From: Oculina patagonica
Taxonomy: Eukaryota
NCBI RefSeq assembly: GCF_052425735.1
Contig: NC_135768.1
Location: forward strand, 22,940,001-23,004,000
DNA length: 64,000 nt
Direction: 5' to 3'
The stretch's first letter is position 1. The number at the start of each line of letters is the position of its first letter. Shown piece after piece: positions 24,020 to 35,791 of the stretch. The notes under the pieces were generated by a model. It made no database searches. It saw nothing but the letters and a program-made list of their open reading frames with translations, and was not told the origin of the DNA. Made by a program: the position numbers and the translations under genes.

Positions 24020-26208
24020 AGCTTGCAATGTCATCAATGCTCTACAATCCTTATATGACAAGCATGCACCATTAAAAAAACTATCAAGCAAAAAGATGAA
24101 ACAGTCAGCGAAACCTTGGCTATCAAATGCTATTCTTAACTCTATAAAACGAAGGGAACAGCTGTTCAAGACTCATTTCCTTAGTAAAGACCTCAATAAA
24201 GTAAAATTTTATAAAACATATAACAATAAATTAAACCGAGTTAAAGATGTAGCCAAAAAAAGGTATTTTCAAGAACAATTTAAATTAAATAGCGAAAATT
24301 TAAAAACAACCTGGAAATTGATCGGAATGATAGTAAACAATAAAAGAAATTGTGGACAACCTCGAATCACAAAATTAGTTCATAAAAATAGATCTTATAC
24401 TGAAAAGGCTGATATTGCACGTCAACTAAATTCACATTTCACAAATGTCGGTCGTGAACTTGCAGAAAAACTCCCAACGACTAATGAAAATGCTAATCAA
24501 TACATTAAGCGTTCATTCCAAGATAGTTTTTCCTTCCGTAGTATTCTTGTGCATGAAGTCCACGATTTAATAATGGGAATAAATCTTAACAAGTCAACAA
24601 TTGGAGTTCCGAAAAAATGCATTAAACTCGCTTCTGACCACATAAGTGAATGCCTAACATTCATTTTTAATCAATCTATACAACAAGGAATCGTACCTGA
24701 TATTCTGAAAATTTCCAAGATTACGCCAGTAGACAAAGGAGGCGACATTACAGATCCTGCAAATTATCGTCCTATATCAACATTATCAACTTTTTCACAA
24801 ATATTTGAAAAATGTATCTATAACCAGCTTATCAACTACATCGAAAAACATAAAATAATATTTGAATTCCAATTTGGGTTTAGAAAAGGACATTCAACTG
24901 CTCAAGCTATAACCGAAATCACAAATACGCTAAGGAAAGCGATTGACAATAAAAAAAAAAAAATATATATATATATATATACATGTGGTGTTTTCCTAGA
25001 CTTCTCGAAAGCCTTTGATACTGTGAACCATATGATTCTGTTGAGTAAATTGGAAGCTTATGGAATAAGAGGGATTCCTTTAAGCTGGTTTCATAGCTAT
25101 CTTTCAAACAGAAAACAGTATGTTGCATTGGGTGAGGTTGAATCTCCTAAGCAGACAATGCTATGTGGCATTCCACAAGGGAGCACTTTAGGACCTCTTT
25201 TGTTTTTAATATACATAAATGATGCCAAATTGCTCAGAAAAATTATGCTTCAAAATCTTTGCAGATGATACCAATGTGTTCGCTTCTGCAAAGGATCTAA
25301 AAACACTTGAACACTTAATGAACTCTGAACTAGTCAAAGTTAAAAAATGGTGCGATATTAACAAGTTGTCAATCAATTTGGGCAAAACAAACTTTATGAT
25401 AATTAAATCGTCAAGAAAAAAAGATATGGAAATAAATCTTAACATAGGTAACAGTGATGGCTCCTCCAACTTACTCGAAAGAAAACAATGTATAAAATAT
25501 CTAGGAGTCATGATTGACGAATCTTTAACTTGGAAATATCATATTGCATTTATATGTTCACGTATATCTCGAAATATCGGAATTATATCGAAATTAAGGC
25601 ATTATCTTTCTATACAGCAATTAAAACAACTTTACTATAATTTAATTTACCCTTACATTTCATACAGTATTCTAGCATGGGGAAGTATATATAAGACACA
25701 CATTAAGAAAATCCAAGTTAAGCAAAACCATGTTGTAAGACTAATGTTCTACTCCAAAACGTTTGGCAAAGAAACTGAAAGTGCCAAACCTTTGTTAAAT
25801 CTACTTGACGTTCTGACAGTAGACAACATCTATCGTCTCGAAATATTGAAATTCGCTCATTCATGGCACAATGGCCTTCTCCCTAGAGTATTTGACGATA
25901 TATTTAAATATGCTAGAAATATGCAAGGATACAACACAAGATATACAGCCAAACAGAATTTTTATAAGCATAGAGTAAACACTAATGTAGGAAAGCAATC
26001 CGTCACTTTCATGGCAATTGATATTTGGAAAGACCTTCCATCTTCTTCAAAAGACTTAAGTGTGTTAGCATTTCCCAAGCAAACAAAACGTTACCTCCTG
26101 TCAGAACAAAAACTAAATTGATTTTACATTAAACTAAGTTTGTAAATTCGTAAGTCCTCTTCCCTATTGTTTCTTATATATTAATCACCTGCTTTTTATA
26201 CTATTTAA
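24020..26208 (+). mobile_element. CR1/L2-group LINE ORF2 (reverse transcriptase), one frameshift
   Basis: KPWLS, NYRPIS, QFGFRKGHST, FLDFSKAFDTV, GIPQGSTLGPLLFLIYIND, a frameshift near 25222, then FADDT, KYLGV, YNTR. No intact endonuclease domain seen. Confidence 0.92.
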
Positions 26209-27672
26209 ANNNNNNNNNNNNNNNNNNNNNNNNNNNNNNNNNNNNNNNNNNNNNNNNNNNNNNNNNNNNNNNNNNNNNNNNNNNNNNNNNNNNNNNNNNN
26301 NNNNNNNNNNNNNNNNNNNNNNNNNNNNNNNNNNNNNNNNNNNNNNNNNNNNNNNNNNNNGTTGTTTCACAAATGCTCGAAGTCTTCTAATTCACGGACG
26401 CATTGTCCCATACATGGCCGGGCTTCGGGCTCTCTTTCAACACAGTTCCGTATAAGAGCCCGAAGCCGGCGGTTTCCCACCAAGGAAATCTGGTAGAGTC
26501 GCCTCTCGGGGTCCGGTAAACTTCGCGTACATATTTCACAAAGAAGTACACCGAAGCTGTACACATCGATCTATAAAAGATAATAACAGTTCCATAAACG
26601 TTTTGTTACACAAATAGCGATGAATAAAAGATACAGTAACCTCTATTTGCCTCACTTATTAACACCATTCCTAGATTAATCGTACTGGGTAGTGGAAAAC
26701 GTTCCCTGATAACTAAATCACTATATTTCAAAGGAGATTTCAACAGATGAAAGAGCTTCCTAAGCGAGAAAACTAAACATGGTATTTCAAAAATCATTTT
26801 CTTGCTTTGTCTTTATCCCCGTGCTCATAGCTTATTTTTTTAGATTTCTCCTCGAAAAACTCAGTGATTGCTTCTCGGAAAAGATTACATATGTCTGCGG
26901 AAAAATCAGCCCAACGTTTCGCGCCAAATGAAAATTCTTTTTTCCGTCTTCTATTCAACTCATTGAGTCATCTCTAACAAAAACATGGAAGACTGTAGCT
27001 AACCTTTACTGTTTGATTTGATGTGAGTGCTTCTGGTGCACTGTAAATGACAGCTCCTGGGGCAACTGTCATTGTAGTATGAATGAAGTTAGCTGTTCCA
27101 TAGTCAGCCACTTTGCCTCTCCATCGGTTACCCTTACGCCATAGCAAGACATTGGCACTGTTGATGTCCCGGTGTATAACAGGAGAAGGTTCCTTTTGGT
27201 GCAGATAATTCAAGGCTCGTGCCACATCCAGGGAAATAATCGCGCCTTCTGTTTCAGTGAGAGGTCGCTGGCCAAGCAATGCTCTTAAGCTTATATCCAT
27301 CAGCTCTGTTATAAACAAGGGACTTCTCTCATCGTTTGTTGCACCAATAAATTGGAGAAGGCAGGGATGGCGGCATTTTGATGCGATGTTCATTTCTCTT
27401 TAGAACAAACTCCTGTTGTGGGCAGAAAGTATCAGCTGGTGTATTTGCTTTACTGCTACCACACTGCCACAATATCTCCCTTCAACCACTTGTCCCCAGG
27501 CACCCCTACCAAGGACATTGTAGGTTTGCATAACTTTATGACGGGAGATTACCCAGTCAGGGGTCTGTTGGTTCTGCACTTCGCTTAGGGTTTCCTGAAC
27601 TGCTGCAAGGTTTAGCTCTGATTCATTTAAATCCAGGTCTTTCTCTCTCAGTTCTTGTTCCATTCTTGTAAC

Positions 27673-29965
27673 CTGTACAATAACAACAACAACATTTAAT
27701 GCACTCTTGCACTTACACGAAAAGATTAACACAGGGAGGAAATTAAATAAAGAAGGAGTACTGGCTGCCTGAAATAACCATAGGGGCCAGTTGACATTAG
27801 CACTGAATTAAAATAAATAACTGGTCGGCAAGAGAACAGAAACACACATAAAAGAAAGGACAAATAAAAAGCAGTACACTATTAGAGAAGTCTATGATGT
27901 CATTATTACATATAAGTTAAAAAATATTGAAAAAAAAACACACAATAGAAGGCTATGCTCAAAGCACATAAATGGTTCTGAACATAGTATATATACTATA
28001 AAAGAAAAATATTGAAACTGAGAGAAGGGTCGGGACTTAACACGAGACTAACTATCAGATAACTCAGGAAATGACACAACAACTTAAGAGAATGCATATA
28101 CATGTAATTAATAGTCTATAATAAGATTGCTTATAACTGATTCTTTAAATATTGACAGAGAGAAAGGTTTTAAATTTTCACTTATAAAGTTCCATACTTT
28201 CGGGCCTTTGAATCTTATGTTGAATAGACCATAATTAGTTTTTACTTTAGGTTTAAACCGCCTTTCATCAGTTGCCCTGATGAAGTGTTTTTAATAAACA
28301 CGAAATATCGGCAAAGTCGACTTTCCAGTTTTTATGACACATTTACTTTAGGTAGAGTGTAGGACATATTCGAGGCACTTCTTGTATTGTAGTTGTGTCT
28401 TCTATTGACTTGAGGGAAGAAAGCATCAAATACAGAAAGTAGATATCTGTTATGAAATTTGTACATAAAGACTGCAATGTTAAGAAAGACAGGATCAGGC
28501 AGCTTAACAATATTTAAACGTTTGAAAATTGGGCTAGAATGCTCGTAATGCTCTTAGACTTTCATGTAAATTCTCATTCTGTTCGTCTTTCCGTCTCATT
28601 TCCTGTTAGATGTTTGCAAACTGTACTTAAAGCTCCCTTACCTGCTCATTCAAGATGGCTTCTTGAGACTCTTTTTCCACCAGTTGTCGTTGTATGCTAT
28701 TCACCTGCTGCTCCAGTTCCCTTGATTCACGGTCTCTCTCTCTCAGTTCTTGTTCCATTCTTGTAACCTGTACAACAACAACAACAACAACAACAACAAC
28801 CTTTAATGTACTCTTGCACTTACACGAAAAGATTAATACCGAGAGAAAATTAAATAAGGTAAGAGTATTGGCTGCCTGAAATAACCATAGGGGCCAGTTG
28901 ACATTAGCACTGAATTAAAATAAATAACTGGTCGGCAAGAGAACAGAAACACACATAAAAAAAAGAACAAATAAAAAGCAGAACACTATTAGAGAAGTCT
29001 ATGAAGTCATTATTACATATAAGTTAAAATATATTGAAAAAAAAACACACAATAGAAGGCTATGCTCAAAGCACATAAATGATTCTGAACATAGTATATA
29101 TACTATAAAAGAAAAATATTGAAACTGAGAGAAGGGTCGGAACTTAACACGAGACTAACTATCAGATAACTCAGGAAATGACAAAACAACAACTTAAGAG
29201 AATGCATATACATGTAATTTATAATAAGATTGCTTATAACTGATTCCTTAAATTTTGACAGAGGGAGAGTTTTTAAATTTTCACTTATAGAGTTCCATAC
29301 TTTCGGGCCTTTGAATCTTATGTTGAATAGACCATAGTTTATCTTAGTTTACTTTAGGTAGAGTGTAGGACATATTCGAGGCACTTCTTGTATTGTAGTT
29401 GTGTCTTCTATTGACTTGAGGGAAGAAAGCATCAAATACAGAAAGTAGATATCTGTTATGAAATTTGTACATAAAGACTGCAATGTTAAGAAAGACAGGA
29501 TCAGGCAGCTTAACAATATTTAAACGTTTGAAAATTGGGCTAGAATGCTCGTAATGCTCTTAGACTTTCTTGTAAATTCTCATTCTGTTCGTCTTTCCGT
29601 CTCATTTCCTGTTAGATGTTGGCAAACTGTACTTAAAGCTCTCTTACCTGCTCATTCAAGATGGCTTCTTGAGACTCTTTTTCCACCAGTTGTCGTTGTA
29701 TGCTATTCACCTGCTGCTCCAGTTCCCTTGATTCACGGTCTCTCTCTCTCAGTTCTTGTTCCATTCTTGTAACCTGTACAACAACAACAACAACAACAAC
29801 AACATTTAATGCACTCTTGCACTTACACGAAAAGATTAACACAGGGAGGAAATTAAATAAAGTAAGAGTACTGGCTGCCTGAATAACCATAGGGGCCAGT
29901 TGACATTAGCACTGAATTAGAATAAATTACTGGTCGGCAAGAGAACAGAAACACACATAAAAAGA
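27673..29965. repeat. Tandem exon+intron duplication units of about 1.0-1.1 kb
   Basis: Near-identical introns 27673-28641 and 28768-29647, a third partial copy to about 29965; each full unit contains a LINE 3' remnant and a (CAA)n tract. Confidence 0.9.
28272..28314 (+). ncRNA. Minimal type I hammerhead ribozyme motif inside an 89-bp insertion (28253-28341)
   Basis: TTGCC-CTGATGA-A-GTGTTT-ttaat-AAACAC-GAAA-ta-TC-GGCAA. Stem I TTGCC/GGCAA, stem II GTGTTT/AAACAC, intact catalytic core; flanked by the 12-bp direct repeat tttactttaggt. Confidence 0.8.
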
Positions 29966-30344
29966 AATATAAGAAAATTAGAGCACACTATTTCATCCAG
30001 TTGTCGTTCCATTCTATTCACCTGCTGCTTGTCCATTTCACTTAATTGTCTTTGCGAGGTTTCGTATGCATCGTATCCTCTAGACACTGTGGACAAAACA
30101 TTTAAATTTGGCAGGTTAGCATCTTGTGATCTTCAATTTAGCTGTAACAGCTACATAGTGCATGCCATTTATTGGGAAAGGTTAATTTATAATTTGAAAA
30201 ATACTTTGTCGTATTCCGAGTTCTCGGCAGCAATAAACAAATATTCTCCTCCCTTTTTGAACTTGTTAATGGGCTGATCAGTGCATAGTGCTTGCGCATA
30301 TGTTGTCCATCGCTTATGGAAACAGCTATCAATCGCTCGATAGG

Positions 30345-30718
30345 GGTATTGCCAATGTGCGAGCCAGCGAGTCATGCGAGCCATTTCGGTTAACCTAAAT
30401 AATAAACCGGTTAGCCTAAATAGCACTCGTGTTAGCCTAAATAACACTCCGGTTAGCCTACAGTAGCTTAGGTAGCTTGCGGTTAGCCTTTATATTGGGT
30501 TAGGGATTACTGGCTCGCATGGCTCGCGAGTCATGCGAGTCATTCTGGTTTGCCGAAATAACACATTGGTTAGCCTAAATAACACTCCGGTTAGCCTAAA
30601 TAGCACTCTGGTTAGCCTCTACTTAGTTTGGGTAGCTTGCGGTTAGCCTTTTATTGGGATTTGGGATTTCTGGCTCGCATGGCTCGCATGCCTCGCTGGC
30701 TCGCATATTGTCAATGTC
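30345..30718. mobile_element. TIR element with internal ggttagcctaaataacact repeats
   Basis: attgccaatgtgcgagccagcgagtcatgcgagcca is inverted at tggctcgcatgcctcgctggctcgcatattgtcaat. Confidence 0.6.
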
Positions 30719-32912
30719 AATCGAGGGTCAGAAGTTGTCTTAATTACATTCAGTATTTGTCTCTCTATAAAAGTTGCCTTTATAAAGCGATTTCCCAAGA
30801 AGCCGAAAGTAGGTTATAGTAAAATCATAGTACACTCAGGCCTCTAGCTGTTGAACAGTTGAAAAATTTGAATCACAGGAAAATCTATATTTGTGCTAAA
30901 AACGATTTGTAAATTTCTACAGTTGAGATCAAAGCATTAAGATAGAGCTTCAATTCTTTCACCTTTTTCTGCAGTACTTTTTTTAAAACCTTGTTATGGT
31001 GCTTTTTACCGCCGTCCCGTTCTTTGAACATTTGTGTGTCACACAGGTTAGAGTGATACGCCACACCATATGGTGGGTACGCGGTTTGGAAGAAATTAAT
31101 GATATGAAAATTTCATTTAGGAAGGCTCTGTAAGCTTCAGCTTGCTAAGGGATTTCTTAAACAGCATAAAAAGGATACAGCCAGACACAAGTTTAAACGC
31201 TGTATTAACCTGTGTTGCACTTTGATTCACTAAGCGTTCATTTTATGTACTTATACCATGTAAATGAGCTACTTGAAAATTACTGGTAATAACTCAAAAA
31301 ATATCAACAATGTCGCAAAGAACGTTTCTAGTCACATTTCACTTAGCACACTACCACAAGTTTTCAGATATCTCTTTTGATTTTACCTCCATATTTTCAA
31401 TTTTCTGCTATTTTTTTGTATTTTAAAGTAACATCCTCTTCGACAAATGTTTCAACGATGCCCTTTATCTGTCGCTTTTAATTTTTCAGAGGGTCTTGGC
31501 ATCCACTTCGGGTGAAATCATAGTATTGTGATTAAATTGTTGTCTTTCTTATATCGACCCGTGGACCTTCGTGTGTATTTTCGTGTGTGGTAAAGTTTCG
31601 ACTATTTCCCAACACGGTTTAGGTTAGTACTCGAATTGAACACAAACAAGAAAATAATGTCCACTGGATCTACTAGTTTTATCAGCGCAAATTCCAACTT
31701 GCACAAGCTAGTTAGTCAACCTAAAGTAAAGGCGTACAAAAAAAAATGAAAACGACAAAAAAGCTTTCTCTGACATATTGTCGTTAAAATTACACTTCTG
31801 TTATGCGCAATCCTGTTTAAGACACTTTTTTATCTATTGTTGTATCAAAGTCACAAACATGTGCGCAGGATCATAGCCAAGAAAATAAAACAGTTGATAA
31901 ATCACCACGATTAATTTGTTTAAAGCACTTCAGGACACATAGCGATTCTACAGGTTTTGAAAGACTCCTGCAAAATATTTTTCTCCCCTACAAGTTAAGA
32001 CGACTACCGCCATTTTGCGTAATAATTTACCTTCTTCAAAGTTATAACTTGCACTACTTGCTTGTGCGTCGAACAATAATCGGGAATGTGGTCGGCATTG
32101 CTCCAGAAATGTAAAGAAACCTTTTCCTGGTGGGCAGCTGAAGTATCTCTCTCCATTAAATGTACCATCTGAGCATGCATGCTGTTCTTCCTATAAAGAA
32201 AGTAACATTGTTTGATCTGAAAACTGAAAGTGGGCGGGTGAGTGAGTGGGTGAGCAAGTGTGTCTTAGTGAGAAAGTGAGCAGAAGGGTTTTTATTCCAA
32301 TTGAAATGCGGGTGGTTAGAAGAACTGAAATTGGTGGTTTAATTTCTCCTCAGGAAGCTAATGGCAATGAAAACTGGTAAATGTTTTCCGTAAAAAAAAG
32401 CCATGCTTGCAACACAGAGAATTATCACAGANNNNNNNNNNNNNNNNNNNNNNNNNNNNNNNNNNNNNNNNNNNNNNNNNNNNNNNNNNNNNNNNNNNNN
32501 NNNNNNNNNNNNNNNNNNNNNNNNNNNNNNNNNNNNNNNNNNNNNNNNNNNNNNNNNNNNNNNNNNNNNNNNNNNNNNNNNACCTGCAACGAGCTTATCC
32601 TCCACGGTGAACTGTGGAAGATTTCCGATCCAGCGAATTACACCATATTAGCCACAGGAACCTCTACCATGGAACCCACTTCTAAGCTTTTTGGAATATC
32701 AACAGTCCTTTGATTGCTTTCAATACCTGCATGACAAATTATGGAATAAATTCAATATTTTTAGCTAAAAATTTCCTATAACAATACTGTTGCACAGCAA
32801 TTGTAAACCGCGATTAATGTTAATTAGCTTTTAAACAAGCCACCATGGCCTTAAAATTAAAACTTACAGTGGACGGTACATTAAACCGCTTGAAATTTGT
32901 GAATTGTAATTT

Positions 32913-33237
32913 CCGTATTTACTCGAATAAACTCCGCCCCCGAATAAGCGACGCCCTCGACTAAGCGCCGCATTTGGAACAAAAAGGTTAATAAGCGCCG
33001 CAGTCCCGCAGTCCGCAGCACACCGCAGTCCGTTTAACTAAAAACAGCACTTCAAAGCAAGTCTAAAACAAACTTGAAAATTCTTTCCATCAAAAGCGAT
33101 GTTTTGCAATGTCTTGCAGTGATTGTTTTACCACTCGCCGATTAGTTTTCGTCCAAATTCAAATTTAATCAGCGCCGCCCTCACTTGAGGCGTGAAAAAA
33201 ATTAATAAGCGCCGCGGTTCTTATTTGAGTACATACG
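32913..33237. mobile_element. Tc1/mariner-like MITE, intronic
   Basis: ccgtatttactcgaataa...ttatttgagtacatacg imperfect TIRs; taagcgccgc subrepeats. Confidence 0.55.
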
Positions 33238-33280
33238 TTAGTTTAATAGCAGCAAGTAAACTTTTTATGGACACAAACCT

Positions 33281-33905
33281 GTTTCTCTATCAGCTTCTAA
33301 ATCTTCAGAGAGTAATACAGCTGTTTGTATTTCTGGCTGCTCTGCTGGTTCTGTAATTACATCATTCATTTCCTCGTCTGTTCTAGGACCACAGGCTGAA
33401 GGAACTTCAGTTGCTAATGATGCTCTCCTAGTTTCTCTCAGCTTCTAAATCTTCAGAGAGTAATACAGCTGTTTGTATTTCTGGCTGCTCTGCTGGTTCT
33501 GTAATTACATCATTCATTTCCTCGTCTGTTCTAGGGCCACAGGCTGAAGGAACTTCAGTTGCTAATGATGCTCTCCTAGTTTCTCTATCAGCTTCTAAAT
33601 CTTCAGAGAGTAATACAGCTGTTTGTATTTCTGGCTGCTCTGCTGGTTCTGTAATTACATCATTCATTTCCTCGTCTGTTCTAGGACCACAGGCTGAAGG
33701 AACTTCAGTTGCTAATGATGCTCTCCTAGTTTCTCTATCAGCTTCTAAATCTTCAGAGAGTAATACAGCTGTTTGTATTTCTGGCTGCTCTGCTGGTTCT
33801 GTGATTGCATCATTCATTTCCTCATCTGTTCCTGGACCACAGGTTGAAGGAACTTCAGTTGACAATGATGGTCTCCTAGTTTCTCTTTCAGCTTCTAAAT
33901 CTTCA
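33281..33905. repeat. Coding minisatellite, four 150-bp units
   Basis: Unit EDLEADRETRRASLATEVPSACGPRTDEEMNDVITEPAEQPEIQTAVLLS; the units are nearly identical. Confidence 0.95.
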
Positions 33906-35631
33906 AAAGTGGTTATGGTAAAAGCTTAATAATACTTCTTATAATAATAATAATAATTTTATTCAGCTCATATTAAAGTTTACAGTTTTTTTTCGTATTC
34001 TTAATAAAATAGAAATAAGGTATTACAGGAATTTTTTTCTTATCTCTTCTTATATCTTTCTCTCTTACACATATAAGGCACATTTTGAAATGATTTTTAA
34101 GTATTGACGTCACTTAATATCATCGGACAGGTGGACCAGATCTTTAAGTCTGTTGTATGTTTGGTGCAATTGACCGATCAGTAGAACTGAAAAGGACTGA
34201 GAACAAACAACAGGAATGGACATGTTGCAGGAATGACTCGTCCCCAGCCGTCTCTTGTGCGAAAATGGCAAGACGCGAAGGATGATCCAGCCACAGCGAA
34301 GGACTTGGCGCGGTTTTACTAAAATTCTACGCCAAAGTGAGAAAGAAGGATAGAAACCTGAACGAAAAAACCTCGCTGTGTCATGAGATTTAGCTTAAAT
34401 AGACAATTCAAGGAATTTAAATAAGGAATTTAGTTTGAAGTTAATGAACCGAGTTTATCAATCATTTTAATAAGAAAAAGCGAGAGTTGTTGTATATTGT
34501 GTACTTTGCCTTATTTCAAAAACCCAGGATATATAAAATTCGTTTTGTGCTTTTAGAGCTCTAGAAATATTTTGAGAAAATAATAAAACAGTTATTGAAC
34601 TTGCGGACAAACTTGCGTTGACTGGTCAAACTCGCAAGTTTATACTCGTCTACTGCGCGCACAGCGTTGGGTGGCCAAATGCTTGCGTTGACCTGCGTGC
34701 AAACTGATTTGATCTCTACCAAAGAAAAGGGACGCAATGCAACATTTCAGTGACCTTGTTGCAACATTTTGGATTATGTTGGATCAAGTTTGAAAATACC
34801 TCATCAATTTTTGGATGTTGCATGATGTTGTACTCGTTTGGCTACGTTTGTGCAACATTGTTGCGCCGGAGCACGCGCCAGAAGTAGATATAATAAACAA
34901 GACAATAATGATCAATAAGGAATTTAGGAAAAAAGCGCACAGTTGATACTTACTCTTGTGCGTCTTCTTATGACGTTTCATATCATACTCTCGAGTGAAA
35001 CTTTTCATGCACGTAGTGCAAGTAAAAGGCCTTTCGCCGGTGTGTTTCCTCATGTGGATTGTAAGATTACTTCTATTCCTACACTGTTGGCCACATTCTT
35101 GACAAACATATGGCATCTAATTAAAGGAAAAAGAACAAGTTGAAAATAATGTTGAACTTGGTTTATCAAGGAGCACTTGTCAGTGATCAGAAAATAACAT
35201 TTTATGACATGATAAAATAAGGCATAAAACTGTTATAAAAAAAAGCAGTTTGGATGCAGGGGACCACCAACGAAAAATAAAACTACTTGGCTTGTCTGCT
35301 GCCGGATCTCTTGTTTAAAGTTCAAATGAGCCAAATCTTCGATAAGTGCTTATTTAGAACCAAATATACATTTTCAAAGTTATTGGATTTTGCACCGCAA
35401 AGATATTTCAAGTTAAAAAAGGTTAATTTATAGCCTGCATAATCTTGAGCGCTCGGGAAAAGTGTCCTTAATTTTTCGAAAATTGTTCTAACACTAGGGG
35501 GTTCCAGTGGGTTTGCAAAACACACCGATTATGACGTCACTGTCGTTTGATCGCGAGGCATCTCAATATTAACGTTGCAAGGAAGGATTTGCACCGGTTA
35601 AAATGGCTTATAACCAGCTTAAATATTTGTA

Positions 35632-35652
35632 CCAGTAATCACATGATTTCGA

Positions 35653-35693
<41 letters not shown>

Positions 35694-35755
35694 GCTAACA
35701 AAATTGCACAAGCCCGCAGGGCGAGTGCAATTTGTAGTCTTTGAAAAATTTACAA

Positions 35756-35791
<36 letters not shown>

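Larger units (their letters stand above)
26367..30080 (-). pseudogene. Coiled-coil repeat + TKL-type protein kinase gene with a premature stop
   Basis: Exons 29648-29773, 28642-28767, 27004-27672, 26367-26570 (all phase 0), plus a remnant at about 29990-30080. Motifs LGRGAWG, VAVK, HRDINSAN, DYG, YSAPE, DVYSFG. In-frame TAA at 27400-27402 (LF*REM). Confidence 0.82.
32031..35116 (-). pseudogene. Disrupted spliced gene: 2x C2H2 zinc finger - four 50-aa acidic repeats - CYLD-type CAP-Gly domain
   Basis: Exons 34954-35116 (CQEC..HMRKHTGERPFTCTTC..HKKTH), about 33279-33900 (repeats), gap-32726 (LEVGSMVEV/YGVIRWIG..LVAG) and 32031-32190 (CSDGTFNGERYFSCPPGKGFF..CRPHSR). Phase-1 junctions are compatible. 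Frameshifts near 33438 and 32648. Confidence 0.7.

Noticed and set aside
25258-25269. 'FADD' peptide in the LINE ORF
   Set aside because: This is the RT catalytic (Y/F)ADD motif, unrelated to the FADD adaptor.
31387-31670. Possible exon linking CAP-Gly to the kinase
   Set aside because: A donor-like site exists, but the frames I translated contain stops and no domain is recognisable.
33281-33905. CRISPR-like array
   Set aside because: Head-to-tail 150-bp units without unique spacers, in a eukaryotic coding context.
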